A stretch of DNA of 64,000 bases from Tubulanus polymorphus (GCF_964204645.1 NC_134025.1:28190299-28254298), one strand, 5' to 3'. Numbered from the stretch's first letter, positions 13,572 through 28,400 are shown. Program-made: numbers and translations. Notes: generated from the sequence alone by a model not told the origin.

Positions 13572-16009
13572 ATGATGGTAAGCGATTTCTGATTTTACTA
13601 TACAAAGCTTGGTATTGTTTAAGCGAATGAATTTCTAAATTGATCATCTAGACATCATACAGACGCTCAGAAAGCATTCGCCATCTATCTTTATGCAACT
13701 AACTAAATATCTATGATGCGTGTTTAAGGATGCGTTCAACATATGACTGTCTCGCATTAAAGTTGTAGAGATCCCTCTTGTTTTCAAACTTTGGATTCGA
13801 TTTTCAATCTAAAATACAAATGAGTCAGATAGAAATGGATTAAATGAATTGTCCGAAGGACTGACATTTTAAGGAACTTAAGAAATGTTCAAATATATTC
13901 AGGAGCGGATTTACCCCCCCCCCCCCCAAAAAAAAAAAATATCTACCCCAGTATTGAGATTGTGATTGTGGTATTGTGTATGTTAAAATTAATTTCTTGG
14001 ATTTCATTATTCAACTTCGGTGAAATCGCACCAAATTCTTCTCAAAATTTCAAAACATTTCTATTGACGAGTACATTAGGCTACCCCTCGCGGTCGTAGG
14101 CGATAAGGGCTATGCCACTACGCAGCTTGCATCGTCCGTATAGTAACATTTCATATGGTCCCTTTTTACTTCTCTGCACCCTACCCCTACAAAAATCCTA
14201 GATAGATCCGCCCCTGGTTATTCTTTATTTAAGTGTATTAATTAAACTCATCTTATTTTTTCAGTTTCGACTCTGTGTCCTGTTGCTAGTCTTGCGTGAT
14301 CTTGGTTTTGTAAGGTGTAATTTGCCATTAATTCATCGAATGCTGAGACCGTACGGCCTCCTATCTAATTACCGGCTACCACAGCAGCCAAGAGCGGGAA
14401 ATGCACTTCCCTTTGATTTCACGGGAATCTTCTGGTTGAGTGAGTACAATTTAAGCACTCATTTTAGAGTTAATTTTTATCCCATGTCGGCCGTTAGCGC
14501 TGCCTTTTCAACGTCGAATACTTTCCGGCTGGTATTAACTTTTATCACGTAATGCCTTTTGGCGTAGTCGATCCTATTTTGCCGTTATCTCCAACTTGAA
14601 AATACCAGGATAACCACGAGCGGTGTTAGAACCTTCGTTCAAATGTCCATACGTTATTTTTCTCGCTTTATCAGATCACATTTAAATTCGTAGGTCGTTT
14701 CTGCATGAATCATTTCGATTTCGGGAAAAAATGTCACACGGAATATGCATGCGTTTTCTCATTGAATAAGGTGTTCGTATAACCGCTATAAACGGGCAAA
14801 GGTGAAAGTAAAAGAACTAAGTGATTTTACCTGATATCAATATTACTCAGAAAAATACACGAGAAATGGATGACGTGGGATCCACTTTGTCGCTAAAAAA
14901 ATCAATTTCATCGCATGAATAGCGCAAACCGAAACATGTAGCTTTGATTCGTCTAAATCTAGTTTGTGTAAATGAAGTTAAAGGTCAAGGCAAGTTTCAA
15001 AGTTAACGAAATATTTATGAGATTATTCAACTAAATTGTTCGTATCTTTATCATGTTCAATTAAGACATTCTATGTCACGTGGAACAGAGGGTGAAACAA
15101 TTTATTTGAAAGAATAAATACATAACTTGAAGTGTAGCACGTAGACGCGATTACCGAATGAACCAAAAGACACATAAAGTATGACATCAACTTTTATCCG
15201 CATAAATTTCGGAATCACATATTATCACCCGAGACATATTACTCTATCAAAAAATAAATGTGGTGAAATTTATTCAAATAGTTAATGCGTGTAGATTTGG
15301 GCTTTCTTCCTCTGGGGAGCAAAATATGTAGCAAAATATGTACTGTGATTGTTCTTATGAGATTTGCGTTAACTTCACAACGCAGAATTTAGAGAAATTA
15401 GAATCGCGCTCGAAGTTATTTCGTTTTGAATTATTCATACAACTTTCAAAGAAGTTTTACATAACATCGTGTTAGTTATTCGAAAATTTGAGATACATGT
15501 AATATACGAGGTGTTGATATTTGCTATGCGTGAGATTTTGTTGTCACGCGGGAGCTTCCAATAATCATGAATTATTAACGTTACAATTTCACATGACAAG
15601 TCATCGAATGCGCATAGAAAATCCATTTCAAAACCTGTTATAAAACGCCAATTCTTTATTACTCGAAGAATATAACCCATAACGTTATAAAATATCATCT
15701 TATTCTATACTTTTCGATAGATTGAAGTAATTTTTACTGATATCAATATTGCTCAAATACGTCTCTCACTTGTTTGCAGTGAATGGCTTACCGGAAATGA
15801 ACCAAAATCAGAAAAGCATCCGTATTGCAGACGAGAAACGCTCACATCGCGGATTGTGGTCCGACTACAGTAGAGACGAGCACCAAACCGAGAATATGAT
15901 TAAAACGCTTTTAAATCGTGGCTTGTTTCCGTTGGCGGAAATAATCAATAGAAATAACACCGGCTCGAAACGATCGACGAATTTTACCGACGAAACCACA
16001 CGACATTAA
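13572..16009 (+). CDS. Orphan secreted protein / possible peptide precursor, 136 aa, 3 exons
   Basis: Exons are 13572-13577 (ATGATG|gtaagc), 14265-14439 (ttttttcag| ... TTGA|gtgagt) and 15780-16009 (tgtttgcag|). Phases 0 and 1 join in frame to give 411 nt. The product has a hydrophobic N-terminus (MMFRLCVLLLVLRDLGFVRC) and two KR sites. I do not recognise the family. Confidence 0.6.
13900..14216. mobile_element. Non-autonomous DNA transposon (hAT-like MITE) in intron 1 of the orphan gene
   Basis: Terminal inverted repeats CAGGAGCGGATTTA ... TAGATCCGCCCCTG. It is absent from the homologous segment of repeat units 1 and 2. No clear TSD. Confidence 0.55.
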
Positions 16010-16104
16010 TTACTGATTAATTATTCTGAACTGAAATCTGACCATTCGAAAAATTCAAATATCCAAGGATCTGAATGATATGGTTTATTATTATTATTCA
16101 CCAG

Positions 16105-16212
16105 GGTCCAGTTCCACAGTTCTGAGTTAAGATTTGACCCTGGGTTAAAACATTGAAAATGAACTAACTTTAACTCAGAGTTAACTCTAACTCACAACTG
16201 TGGAACTGGGTC
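16105..16212. mobile_element. PIF/Harbinger-like MITE
   Basis: ~25-bp imperfect TIRs (GGTCCAGTTCCACAGTTCTGAGTTA / TAACTCACAACTGTGGAACTGGGTC), flanked on both sides by CAG, a putative 3-bp TSD. Confidence 0.65.
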
Positions 16213-18670
16213 CAGGTATTTATTTCGCTGAAGACATTAATCAGGGTCACATCTATTAGGGTAGTATGTAGGCATAATATACGACACGTCACTCAATGTA
16301 CTAGAAACATCTCGAGATTTATTACATTTACAAAAAAATACGCCACGTTAGTTTCGTCAGTTTGCTCATAAAGTATCGTTTAGTCGCAACATTAATCACT
16401 GGATACACGTGTGAAAATTTACGACTATTGAATTGATAATGTTCCCGAAATTAAATGGTTATGTAATAAAGTGCGTAATGAAAATGGACGTATGTTTAAA
16501 GAGGTTACCGACGATCAAGTTACAGAATTTTTCGTAAAATTTCCCGAAAGTTCCGGAATGAGTTCGACAATGATTAATTTATGTCGACCTGACATTTGGA
16601 TGTAGAGCTTTTTCTTTCGTTTGTAGAACGTGTGCGCTATCGGCGAGAAATAAAGTTCAATTTCCAATCCTCAAATAGGATAGGCAGATAGAAGATCCGC
16701 ATTTTTGAGTTTGAGTCATAGACTCTATAACGTAGAGTCCATCTTTTGATTTGGGATTTGGAGTCAAAATAAGTTCATTTTTCATAATTAACACGTACAA
16801 TACTCCCGAGTGAACGTCACAGTGACAACTATGGAAATGGCCCCGGGTATGATACATTCACTTCCTATTCCTTTCATTTATGAACTGTAGAAATGTTTAT
16901 TTTTAAATGTTTAATGTACACCAGTTCGAACCAGCACGTGTTGGTACATCAAATAATTTCCGTTCGATTTTGACCGACCGGGTGCGATATAGGCGTGGAA
17001 CGATTTATCGATGTATTCGGCATTATATGTTTATAAAAGCACCGCTTCTGTTTAATTCATTTGTAATAGTCTGTTCGAGCGGCGTTATCACGTTGATAAT
17101 AGATAGATCACCGGCAATAATTCATGACACGGATTTCGAACGTGTCTCAAACAGAATCCAACCTCGAACGAACACCTTCACTTATACACTGAATTTATGG
17201 GCAAGTTCTCTACAACCTCAAGAGAACTAGAAAATCATTTTATTACACTCGTAAGGAGCGTCTATGCACACTGATTGCTTTATTAATGATCTACTCCGTG
17301 GCTCAGCTTCGGCTAAAAGCATCGTAAATTAATAGTTTATTTCGGAGAGTTTCACAGATTTATTTGAGGTTTGACACAGAGACAAGGGAGCAATAATTGA
17401 TTTGTTATTATTTGGTTAATGTTTTCTTTAGATGATTTCATCACGCGAGAGGTGCTCTCACACTTGATACAACGTTCTTTACTGCTTGCAGATTCCCAGT
17501 ATTCATCATATCTTTTTGACGCTGTAAAAACCGTAACTCTCATGTATTGCTCACTGCTACGCTTTATTTGGGGTAGTATTTGAGTCGATGTATACTGCGT
17601 CATCATTATTGGCGTTTCAAAATGTCAATGAAAATAGTCTATTGGCGTTTATTTTTTTCAATCGATTAAATTTCATGACACTTATTTTCTATTTAATGAA
17701 TGTTCATGTCTTTCTGATAACGAATTCTAATGGCAATCGTGAGTGGATGTGCACTACAACATCAATATCGGGGCAGGACTGGTTGCCAATTTAATTAATT
17801 CAAATTGTCGATCCTTACTTACCACCAAAGCATACCCAGTGTGATGTCAGGTAAGTGTTAACAGTAGTAAGCCAAGAACCATAAACACGGTTGAGTCCTG
17901 GTATCATAACCCAATTTTCCTGTTATGTTGTCGTTGAGTTATTCATTGTCGACGATATTAAGCAGTTTGTTTCTTATGTTTCAAGGCGTCAATTTTCAAG
18001 TTAGTTGTGTCGTTTCTTTGTGTGAGGTTGGTATGAACCAGCGTGCGAAGTGTAATGCCTAACCTTCATTTAGACAACAGTTCAAGTGACAAAATAAGTT
18101 TGATATAATTTCATTTTTATTTGCATTGCATTGTTTACCTGCCTGATCTTCCAAACTACATGATTTACAGCTAAATTCTTTATACCAATAACTTTACGTT
18201 ATTGCGTGTTTTTATAACCATCAATTTGTGTGCCATGTTATCATTCATCATAATTATTTTCTGTTATCTACTGTTATTTATTCTGGCAAATATAAAACTG
18301 AAAAACTGGATATCTGACATGAGTATGGACATTCTATCCACCAGCAACATACTATTTTCATTATAGAAACTGGAACATCAAATCCAGTTTACGATATATG
18401 GAATATATGATTCCCTTTAATACTCATTTAAGATAATTTGTCCATCATTTATCATAACAATTACAGCATCTCCTTTTTCAACAATTCCGTGAAATTAAGT
18501 ATTTATGTGCCCGTTATCACTGTCTCAGTAAATCTATCTTGTCTTCTTGATTTTTACGACTTTCCTTCGAATTCAAGATGTTTACTGTAAGAAGACCCGT
18601 CCGTACCATTGAGAAGCAAACAATAAGGAATATTCACGTAACATTTCTATCATCTTGGATAACGAAATAA

Positions 18671-18907
<237 letters not shown>

Positions 18908-19631
18908 CTTTTATACCCTTTTTGCTGAATTCATTATATCCAAGGATGTTCGCAGTCAAATTAAGTGTGCTTATGTCGATCTGGATGGCTCTCGGATATA
19001 CAGGCCAATGATAAATAATATGTTCACTGCTATCAAATATTTGGCCTCGATATGTCAGAACTATTATATCATGTGTCAAGCTTCGCATGCATTGTATCAT
19101 CGCAAAATTCCAGACGCTACGATTCCGATAAAGATGATTCCTTCAGTTCGAGACACCTAGGTATAACAAAAACTATAACTGATTTATCATTGATACGGAA
19201 TTGTACACGTATATGTTTATTAGACATTCAACTTTTAAATACAACATGCATTAATTACAATAGAATATACACATTACAGTTGAATAAACTTTCAATTGTC
19301 TTTCTCCAGTAATTAGAACTTGGGATCATATAATGATACATATCAGATAACACGAAAAGAAGTTGACATTGTATGTGCATGATATCTGTATATACATCTA
19401 GAATTCTATTTCATGTATCATGTAACAGTAATTAGTTTATACACAAGTGTTAAATATGTTGTTTGTTCGTAAATGATAAAAATCCCATATTTTTCTAACT
19501 AGATTTTTTTTAAAGTAATTTCATAATCAACACATCTTCCGTTTGAAGTGCACTGCAATGTAAGTATAATTCATTAATCCACTTTCTGGTTCTTATTTTC
19601 CAAAAAGCGAATTTGAAACTTCTTGGAATAT

Positions 19632-20762
19632 CTAAACAGCAGTTAATTGTCCTGGCCCAGTCGTGACCATCGTCATTTCAACCTCATCCGTGACGTCACT
19701 GAGTGCGTGATCGTTCTGTGGACGTACGCATGCGCAACAACAAAATAAGTGCCTGTTAAAATATGATCTGAAGGTCTGATCCAACAAGTAGATAGTTATT
19801 GGATTAATGCAAGAGTTCAAGAAAATCAAACAGAAGCCAGTTATTTTGAAAACGTGCCACGTCATGTTAAAATGTCCAGGATCGAAATAAAACCACATCA
19901 GATAAACATGTCTCGGAAACCAACAAATTATGAAAACCAAAACTAACGCAAGAACAACTCCGGCCAATTTGACACGACGTTTTTTCATTTGATTCACGTT
20001 GTTTCCTGTCGTTGTTTGGGATAGGGTCAGTTTGTTGTCATCTGTGAGGGCCGTACGTTCGACGGCGTAACTGCTGAATCCTGTGTTCATCAACGTCGCC
20101 GCCAAATTAATGTAACAAACAGCAATGATTATAACAGGAATTGCGAACAATACGACAAATCTCGCGCATATGTGATAACGAATGTAATTCGTCCATTCGG
20201 TAGGATACGGGGTACATACACAGAAATGTTGGTTATCAGATGAGTGATATCTTATAACGGTAGCGGTGATAAGATCTGGCATGCCTATGAGAAGGGCCAA
20301 CGCCCACATCACAAGTATTGATATTATAACCCGATTCGAACTGGTAGTTGCTTGGTACCAAGACGGGCTCAAAATCAGTTTGTAGCGTTCGATACTTAAC
20401 GCGGTTAGAGTAAATATTACGACGCACGTTGAAACGGTTTGGAGAAAATCGACAATTTTGCAAATTGTAACGCCAAATGGCCAACTGGTAAGGGTATACA
20501 CCGTGGCGGTGAAAGGTACGCAAATGATGATCATAACTAGGTCAGCCGTTGCCAGGTTGATTATGTAGGCGTTCGGCACCGTCTTCAAAGCTCTGTGTCT
20601 TATGACAACGTAAAGAAGCGTTCCGTTTCCGAGGCAACCGAGAACAAACGTCATCGCGAAAACAATAGGTACAACAATTGACTCGATTGTTTGTGCGGGT
20701 TCGTACTCACCCTCTCTTGATGTTACGTTTAATTCTGTTACGTTCTGCATGAAGTCGACCAT
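19632..20762 (-). CDS. Rhodopsin-class neuropeptide GPCR of the CCHamide/excitatory-peptide (EP)/bombesin-BRS3 receptor family, intronless CDS, ~376 aa
   Basis: First ATG at 20762 (MVDFMQNVTELNVTS, two N-glycosylation sequons). Family-typical motifs are VVPIVF..LGNGTL, VPNAYIINLA.ADL, TALSIERY, ICWFPRHVYLMWFYF and WHVFKITGFCL.FLNSCINP, plus a C-terminal CCC palmitoylation cluster. Confidence 0.9.
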   Translation of the reverse strand: MVDFMQNVTELNVTSREGEYEPAQTIESIVVPIVFAMTFVLGCLGNGTLLYVVIRHRALKTVPNAYIINLATADLVMIIICVPFTATVYTLTSWPFGVTICKIVDFLQTVSTCVVIFTLTALSIERYKLILSPSWYQATTSSNRVIISILVMWALALLIGMPDLITATVIRYHSSDNQHFCVCTPYPTEWTNYIRYHICARFVVLFAIPVIIIAVCYINLAATLMNTGFSSYAVERTALTDDNKLTLSQTTTGNNVNQMKKRRVKLAGVVLALVLVFIICWFPRHVYLMWFYFDPGHFNMTWHVFKITGFCLIFLNSCINPITIYLLDQTFRSYFNRHLFCCCACVRPQNDHALSDVTDEVEMTMVTTGPGQLTAV

Positions 20763-21683
20763 CGTATCCACAGCCCGTCGCAATAACAAATAAAAAGTGC
20801 GCAAAGTTCGCTAACTAATTCCGGACAAAGTATGTGTCCTCCTTACACTGGGCGTTCGAACGTCACTCTGTCCTCAATTCTCGTATTGTCTTAGCGCTTC
20901 TGACGATTGCAGTTGAAGAATTAACTTCGCGGCTGCACTTTGTTCATCTTTGATGCTGCAAGATTCATATAGCAGCGCCATTGATCTCCACTGAAACACT
21001 GATCACGTGTTCAGAAACGCCAGGGTAGCTGCTGAGATGTTTCTGAGAATGTGACCATAGACAGCGCGAAGTCTGATAGATATTTTACTCGAGGGGTAAT
21101 TACCAAATAATTAACCTATTCAGTAATGTAAACGAAACTAATCGAGGAGATACATACATTTTTACGTTTAAAAAAAATTCTCATTCCGCGTACGATAATG
21201 TCGAGCTATTATAGTTAATTGGCTTAGGTCACGAAACGACCCGTATGTAGATTAATGTCTGTGTTTATGACGATGAAAAAACCCGCGGTGTGATATTTAG
21301 ATAGTAAAATAGAATAGCTGTTGAATCAAAGTTTGGTGATTTGTTTTTTTTTTTGGTTTAATTACTTAAAACTATGGAGGATTGAGCTTCCCCTGATGGG
21401 ATGAAATTAAAAAATCGGCGCGAAAATAGTTTTGGTGCTGACAACGTTTGCGTCGAAGGCGTCACCGGTTTAGTGTTTTATGTGAGCATCCGAGAAATGG
21501 ATGTTGTGATCTGTACTGACAGGTTAATTAACATGACACCCGCATCATAGTCTAGAAAATCCCTGTTTCATTCATTCCACTCCCAACATCATGACGTGCG
21601 TGATTTTTACTTGTTGGATTATTTATCCGTGTCTTGTTTTATTGCGGTTCTATCGAAATACATAACCTCCATCGAAAGTATAT

Positions 21684-21828
<145 letters not shown>

Positions 21829-24800
21829 TTTGAAGTGATATCAACTCGATATTCTAAACATAATATCGATTTAGCCTCAAACCAAAGCGAACAAAATGTT
21901 ATTTTATTATTGTTTATAGATACAGTAATACGTCGTGTTGGACCGTTTGACTATATCCAAAGAATATCACTGAAGACGAGAATTATTATATATCTGAAAC
22001 ATCGAATAAAACATTAGCTGAAAGTAACTTTTAGGACACATACTCAATGTGACGATAGCTCTTTAATAATTCGCAGTAAATTACATCTCGTTTGAATCGC
22101 ACATATAAATGTTTAGGGAATTCACATATAATTGCACTATGTAACTGATAATGGTTCAGCGGTGGTATTGCCTCTATTCTGTAATTAACTTTCCTCGTAA
22201 ACGACGTCAATTACAAAAACTCATCCCACACTAATTGCAGGTTAATAGAGATTAAGGTTGCAAAGATCCCATCGAATCTCTTAATTAGTTTTCTTAATTA
22301 TTCACTGAATTTGAAAGTTGAAAGTGTCGATTCTAATTAATCAGATTTAATAGAATCTGGTTTAACGTGTCTACCCTAAGTAGGTTAAACTTATTTCGTG
22401 TGGAAGTGCAAATTGTGAATCGCATCTAGAATTGAAGTTCCAATGTTTTGTTTCTAATTTCGGTTAATTCATACTGCAAATACTTAATTCAATTCGATGA
22501 GGTCACCTCTCAATTCGATGGACAAGATGCATATACTGCTGACGTAATCACAGAATAATACAGCAAAGTCCTTTGGCCGGAGAAACTTCCAAACTTTCCT
22601 CATCTCCAACATAAAGATATCAGTTTTCTGTAAGTTATAAGTAGAATTTTGAATTCTCTTGTGCGCAAGTAAAACAAAGGTCTTTCCTTAGATGTGTATG
22701 ATATGTATAAAAGCGACAGCGGCGCATCAAACTATGCGTGTCCAGTAATCCTGCTCTTTTAGATACTTGATCGTATACAGGCTGGTCATTTAGCGATAAA
22801 ACCAAACTGCAGTTAATCTAGTCGCATGAGTCACCGGATTATCGTATAAAATCCATTATACAAACAGGATAAAAAGCCGAGCGTTATATTACAGTAGTCA
22901 TCCGTAAGATCAAATCGGAACAATGCTCGATTAGAGGTGGTTATTAAGTACAGAATTACGAGATGTTTATTCTACTGAAGAGTAATTACTTCTTACAGAA
23001 TTGCGAGAGCTGTTTGACCCTTCGTGACTATAACACGGTTAAGGCGTTTGACTGTAATCAGGGGCTTCTTCATCAAAACATAACCCAACGAATGTTGCTC
23101 AACTCCTGATTTTATCATTTACTATAATGTCGTTTTCTCAATGACTGTCCTTACGACGTTTCTAACAACCTGTGCTATATAGATATTATCTCGATAATTA
23201 CACATCAGAAGTGTACAGGAAGAGTCGTTGACGAGGAATGATCAAGAAGCTGACGCCTCTCCGTCAGTTTTGTTAGTTTAACTATCTGAATTAGATTTAT
23301 TCACAGACTAGTCTATGATTTGAGCTGTTACATTATGATCTTGCTATAAACCTTTACAATTTATATCCTTTATTGAGAACGATGTATCAAACAATACTTG
23401 ACATGAGCGATCATTGGTACTCAACAGAATACACTCCATTAAAGATGAAATGATTCTCATGTCAGTAGGTAATGATATAATATAAAGCATGAGTTACCGT
23501 ATTATCATACATTGTCAGAAAAACATGTCCATTTCAACAAACTTTCACCTCCATTGCGAATGACAAATCTATTCAAATGTAATACAATTTGACTGAACTT
23601 GTACAATAATCTATTACTATCAGATAATACAATTTTATAAGGGTGTCCAAACATGCTGTCCCTGCTTTTGTTCTGAACTATTTTAGACAACAAATTATTG
23701 TTATTACCATTTTAGTTTGAATAACGATTTTTCTTTCTTACTTAAAAAATACAGTTTTAGTCTTTTTCCATTCGATTATTTATTGATTATCCAAAAATAT
23801 ACATAACGTCACTATATAATTACATTTAGCAAACTGTTTCACAAACGTCGATCAACCTTGGGCGTTGAAATCAATCGGCATTGCGTGCTATAGGTAACTG
23901 AGAGAAAAAAATCAGTCAATTCGCGCGATACGATAGTCCGATGTTGCGTGTTAGCCCTCAAGCAACTCATAACGAAGTCGCTATACTGGTCGACTGTGAA
24001 AATGACTCCCGATATCTGTGGATGAAAACTCAGTCGAGTGATTACTTTATTAAGAGATCATTTTACCTAACGAAGAAATCGGAGCTGCCCTCAACTTGTA
24101 AATAGACGTATGATTTAAATAATAAAAGACTCGCAGCTTTGACTTACACAGAATCATACCAGCTAGATGAGAAATGGATAAGTCTTCTCCGTAATTTCAC
24201 CACGCGTCTTGAACTATCTATCAATAACCTCCCGAAAGAAGTGACATCAATTCTCATTCTGAGGTGATCAGATATATGTAATGTTTCTAATAACTATGAA
24301 TGATCCTCGTCAGTCTCGCCTGTGAAAATGAGGTGGAATGAATTGCAAAAAGATTTGCACCATCAAAACCTAATTTTTTGTGGTCAAATATTGGTGGTGG
24401 CATGCTGGGAAAGCGATGGACATACATCTAATAACAAACACGACAGGTCCAGAATCCAACGAAGCGTGATTACACAAACATGGCTAACATCAACGTCTAA
24501 CTTTGATCGTCGTTTACTCACGTTTTCAGCAAATAGTCACGTTTTACATCATAGCTATCCGATATTTCATCAATAGCCGCTCTAGGTAATCAACGAGCCA
24601 ATATACATCAGCAAAAATTGAAAAACACTTATTAATGGAAGCCGTTAGAAGGAAATCATTAACGTGAAACTGTCAAGTCACACCTACATGGTGGCAAGAC
24701 ACTAAACATTTTACCAGATGAAAGAAAGAAAAAGAATGTAGCGAATGATACACGAGAACTTTCCATATGACATAAAAAGTGATCCTTTTCGCCACATGAA

Positions 24801-25374
24801 TCATTTTGTTACCAATGCAACAAAAGCTTGTTTTGGTATCTAAAGATTAACGCATTCGCCGTAACAGGATATTTCATTAGTTCTACTAAAAACATCTCAA
24901 AATGTCTGGCAATTTCTGAAAAAATGTGATAAACGATACAGGAACTTCAGAGCTACTTAAAATGTACACATATACAATTCTAACATATTGTTATATCTTA
25001 CATTAAACTGCGACTATAAAATTCACATTTTTGGAATTTGAGATGGTGTAAAAGTTGGAAATCTCGGAGACCAGTGATTTGGTGAAAATAATCCTTCAAT
25101 CTTTACTTAATGTGAACTATAGACTGGTATCAGGTTCATCGACAGAAACAATTGCAAACAGTTCTGGAACTGATCAGAACGTGTGAGCGTGTCTATTACT
25201 TATAATCGATGGATTAGCATTTAGTTTACAGAAATGATTAGAAACTAATTAATCAACGTGGGCAACCGGAGACTACTTGAGATCACAAAATGAATACTTA
25301 TTTACTGTTTGAGAAAAGTTATCATCCCGTTGTTTATCAAATATCAATTATGTTTTCTAACTGTAATAGTATAT

Positions 25375-25400
25375 GGGGGGAGGGGGGAGGGGGGAGGGGG
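25375..25400 (+). other. G-tract repeat (G6A)3G5, potential G-quadruplex
   Basis: Four G runs of 5-6 nt separated by single A residues. Confidence 0.5.
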
Positions 25401-28400
25401 AAGGAGTTTCGTCGACTAGAATTAGATCTGTTCTGTTTGATTATATCCCATAATGTTAGCAGGATATTATAACGCCATGAATCAGTGAAAAGTCACGCAG
25501 AATTTGCCTGATCCAAGCTCGCGTTTGTCACCCGACAATTTGAGTTATGATGATCTATCGCCATCAATGTCCGGTCTGAGTAACTTCACTGGCCATTAAC
25601 TATTCTATAACGTCAATCGTCACTTTGAATATTTATCGTACGAACGTTTCAGTTGAAATGTTCATTGTTTTAGTTTACTGCAAGGTTCGTTAATTACTGA
25701 TTAGCATTTGTGCGGATTCATACACACACATTTATTTGTTTCGTTTTCATTTCATATTTCTGTACGAGGTCATTTCGCAGGCGAATCAATTAAACACCAA
25801 TATAACCACGAGAACAGAAAGAATAGTTTAGCGACATGAATGAAAGCTTGTGAACCGACCGTCCGGGGTTCACTAAGAAAAGTAATGATATTAATTTACG
25901 TAGGCTATTTACTCCGTTGTGCTTTCAGGATATTAAAAGGATCTAATGTTTTCTATAGCAATTGCACACACGGACACTTTTGCATGATGAAATAGTTTTA
26001 CTTATACACAAGATCTACGCATGAATCTTTCACTCGTCTATTCCCCAGATTTGATAAGTCAACAGGCTGAATAGCAAGCAAACATAATCCTTCAGAGTCT
26101 CTTACTTTTTCCTCGTAATATGCTTTTTAGATGATACACGTTACGGTTTGTAATAGTTGTAGCTGATAGTTGTAATACTTCGTATACTTTCGGTCAGGTA
26201 AAGTGGCTATAGGGATCGATCTTGATAGAAAACATTTTGAAATTCTTAGTTTGAATACAGGAAATTAGAAAGACTGTAAATAAACGCGAACAAGAAACCT
26301 CAGACGAAGATATAATATGTCTGAACCAGTTCTGTTTCGCGAAAGATTTTCAATGTTGGTTTTCAATGTCGCAACTGACAATAGACATCAAACATCAAGT
26401 GTGTTGGAGTTTCAGGATCGTCATATCCTATATCGAGAGCCTACGTAAATACGTTTAGGCCTATCATAACTTTTCTCAGTGAACCTTAGACGACCCACTT
26501 AATACGAATGTGAGTATATCAAGGATCCAAGTGTGTAATGGATACTTGTGCGAATTCAACACTGTCTTATACTTAGACCGACTGTTTTACGTACGGTATA
26601 GCAACTAATTAATTCATTCGATGTGTTTTTTTTCAGATATCTGTCATCTCCTAATTGATTCGATCAAGTTATTCAAGATCATATATTCATATTTTCCCGA
26701 TGTAGCAAAATACATTACAGTAATAGGCATGTTGGTGGGATATCGGCAATGCTGTAAATGTAGAATCACATTTCCGTAATGAATTTTTTGCAAGTTGGGG
26801 GTATTTGGACTGTGTTTTTGCTCGATAGATCATTTTAAACCTTACACAATTACGTTACTCAATTAGAATTCTAGTGTAGAATACACCACAGCGGAAACAC
26901 TTGTAAAAAACAGCTACGAGCTTGATCCCGAATCTATGAATAGAACTACAGGAAGTTCCCCTCTTTACTTTGTTTACTTTCAATATTGCTCATACTGATC
27001 CTCAGTGACTGATATATCTCTAAAATTAGAAAAGCCTATCATTTCATTTTCTGTCGCGGTCAGAAGTTTTTTGTTTTTGTCAACATGAATCGTGGATTGC
27101 GCTGCGCATTGGTTGAAAAGTTGAATCACCGTTTCGCTTTGGGATGGATATCTCATTGCTTTTCGATGAAATATTCTGAACGGATTCACTAATCTATCAT
27201 AAATCGTGCTTCGGAATATTAATTAAACATTCTCCGGGACAATGGGCCATCATTTCGTGATTCGTGTTCCGACGCCGTTTTCCAGGAATAAGTTTATTTG
27301 TTCATTTATATTCTCTTTGTTCGTTGATATTATATTCACTGAAAAACGAAGCATGTCTGGAAAAAACGCACGAGTCTATCGATCGTTCCATTTCCAATGA
27401 ATATTGAGATCGCGCGTCACTTCTTTTTTATGTCTAAACTATTCTGTAATTTGTGTCTATTTTGACGAATGAACGTCCTCTAGTTTTAATAAGTTTGTTC
27501 ATAGATTAAATTCAAGAATTGAGATTTATGAGACTATTAGGTCAAGATACGCAGGCGATATTTTTTATGTCCGAATAATTAGGCAATAAATAATTCATGC
27601 TACAATATTCTGTTTCCGTCATATTTAATCAATATGTTTGAAGACTTATTAACTGTTAGACGCATGCCTTCGATCGAGGCAATAAATGGACATTCTACAA
27701 AAGGTCCGTGGCAGGGGGAAACGCCCTTGATAATTTGACGTAATACTTCCCGAGTATATCGTGCATTTTAGCGCCTACAAATCAAAACAATTTGACTCGC
27801 TAACCAAACTAACAAATCTAAAAACCACAAATCTAAAGAAAAGTATGACGGACGAAATAATGATCCTCGTTTGACAGGACAATGATGAAGCATGTATGAT
27901 ACGTAATAGTTTGGATCGGACATGAACATAGTACGCAGTACACGCGTGTGTGTGTCATCGAACTCAAATGAGTGAGTTCGTGTACAACCTCGTTACATTT
28001 CATATTATATGGGAAAATACTTAACTTAATACTTAACGATGTCATTTCTTGTTAGATTATACATTAAGCAATCAGTTCTTTCTACTACATCAAAACTACG
28101 ATTTACGGATGATGACATCACGTTGTATAGATGTATAATGAAATCTGCTCTACGTAGTTGAGAAGTGGGTGGTTTACTGTCGGGTGCATGGAGGATGTGA
28201 CGACGCGTTACTACATAAACCGGGGTTTCACTTTACGCTAGCGTCACTCGTTACACATTCTCTCATTCAATTGTCATCAGTAACTGCTCGCCGCTTACGT
28301 TAACGCTTCCGACGTCCACTTTGTTACACTTACAACGCCACCTATTATCAAAACGAAATACGAGACGTCGTGTTTGTTTGGGGCGCTTAGAGTGGTGAAG

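Noticed and set aside
16657-17230. Short ORFs at 16657 and 16907
   Set aside because: No motifs and no consistent splice model.
17352-17910. Minus-strand 84-codon frame ending LLLPCLCVKP, plus an upstream signal-peptide-like stretch with a gtaagt donor (cystine-knot-like?)
   Set aside because: The hydrophobic frame has an internal stop, no in-frame acceptor precedes the ORF, and there are too few cysteines for a knot.
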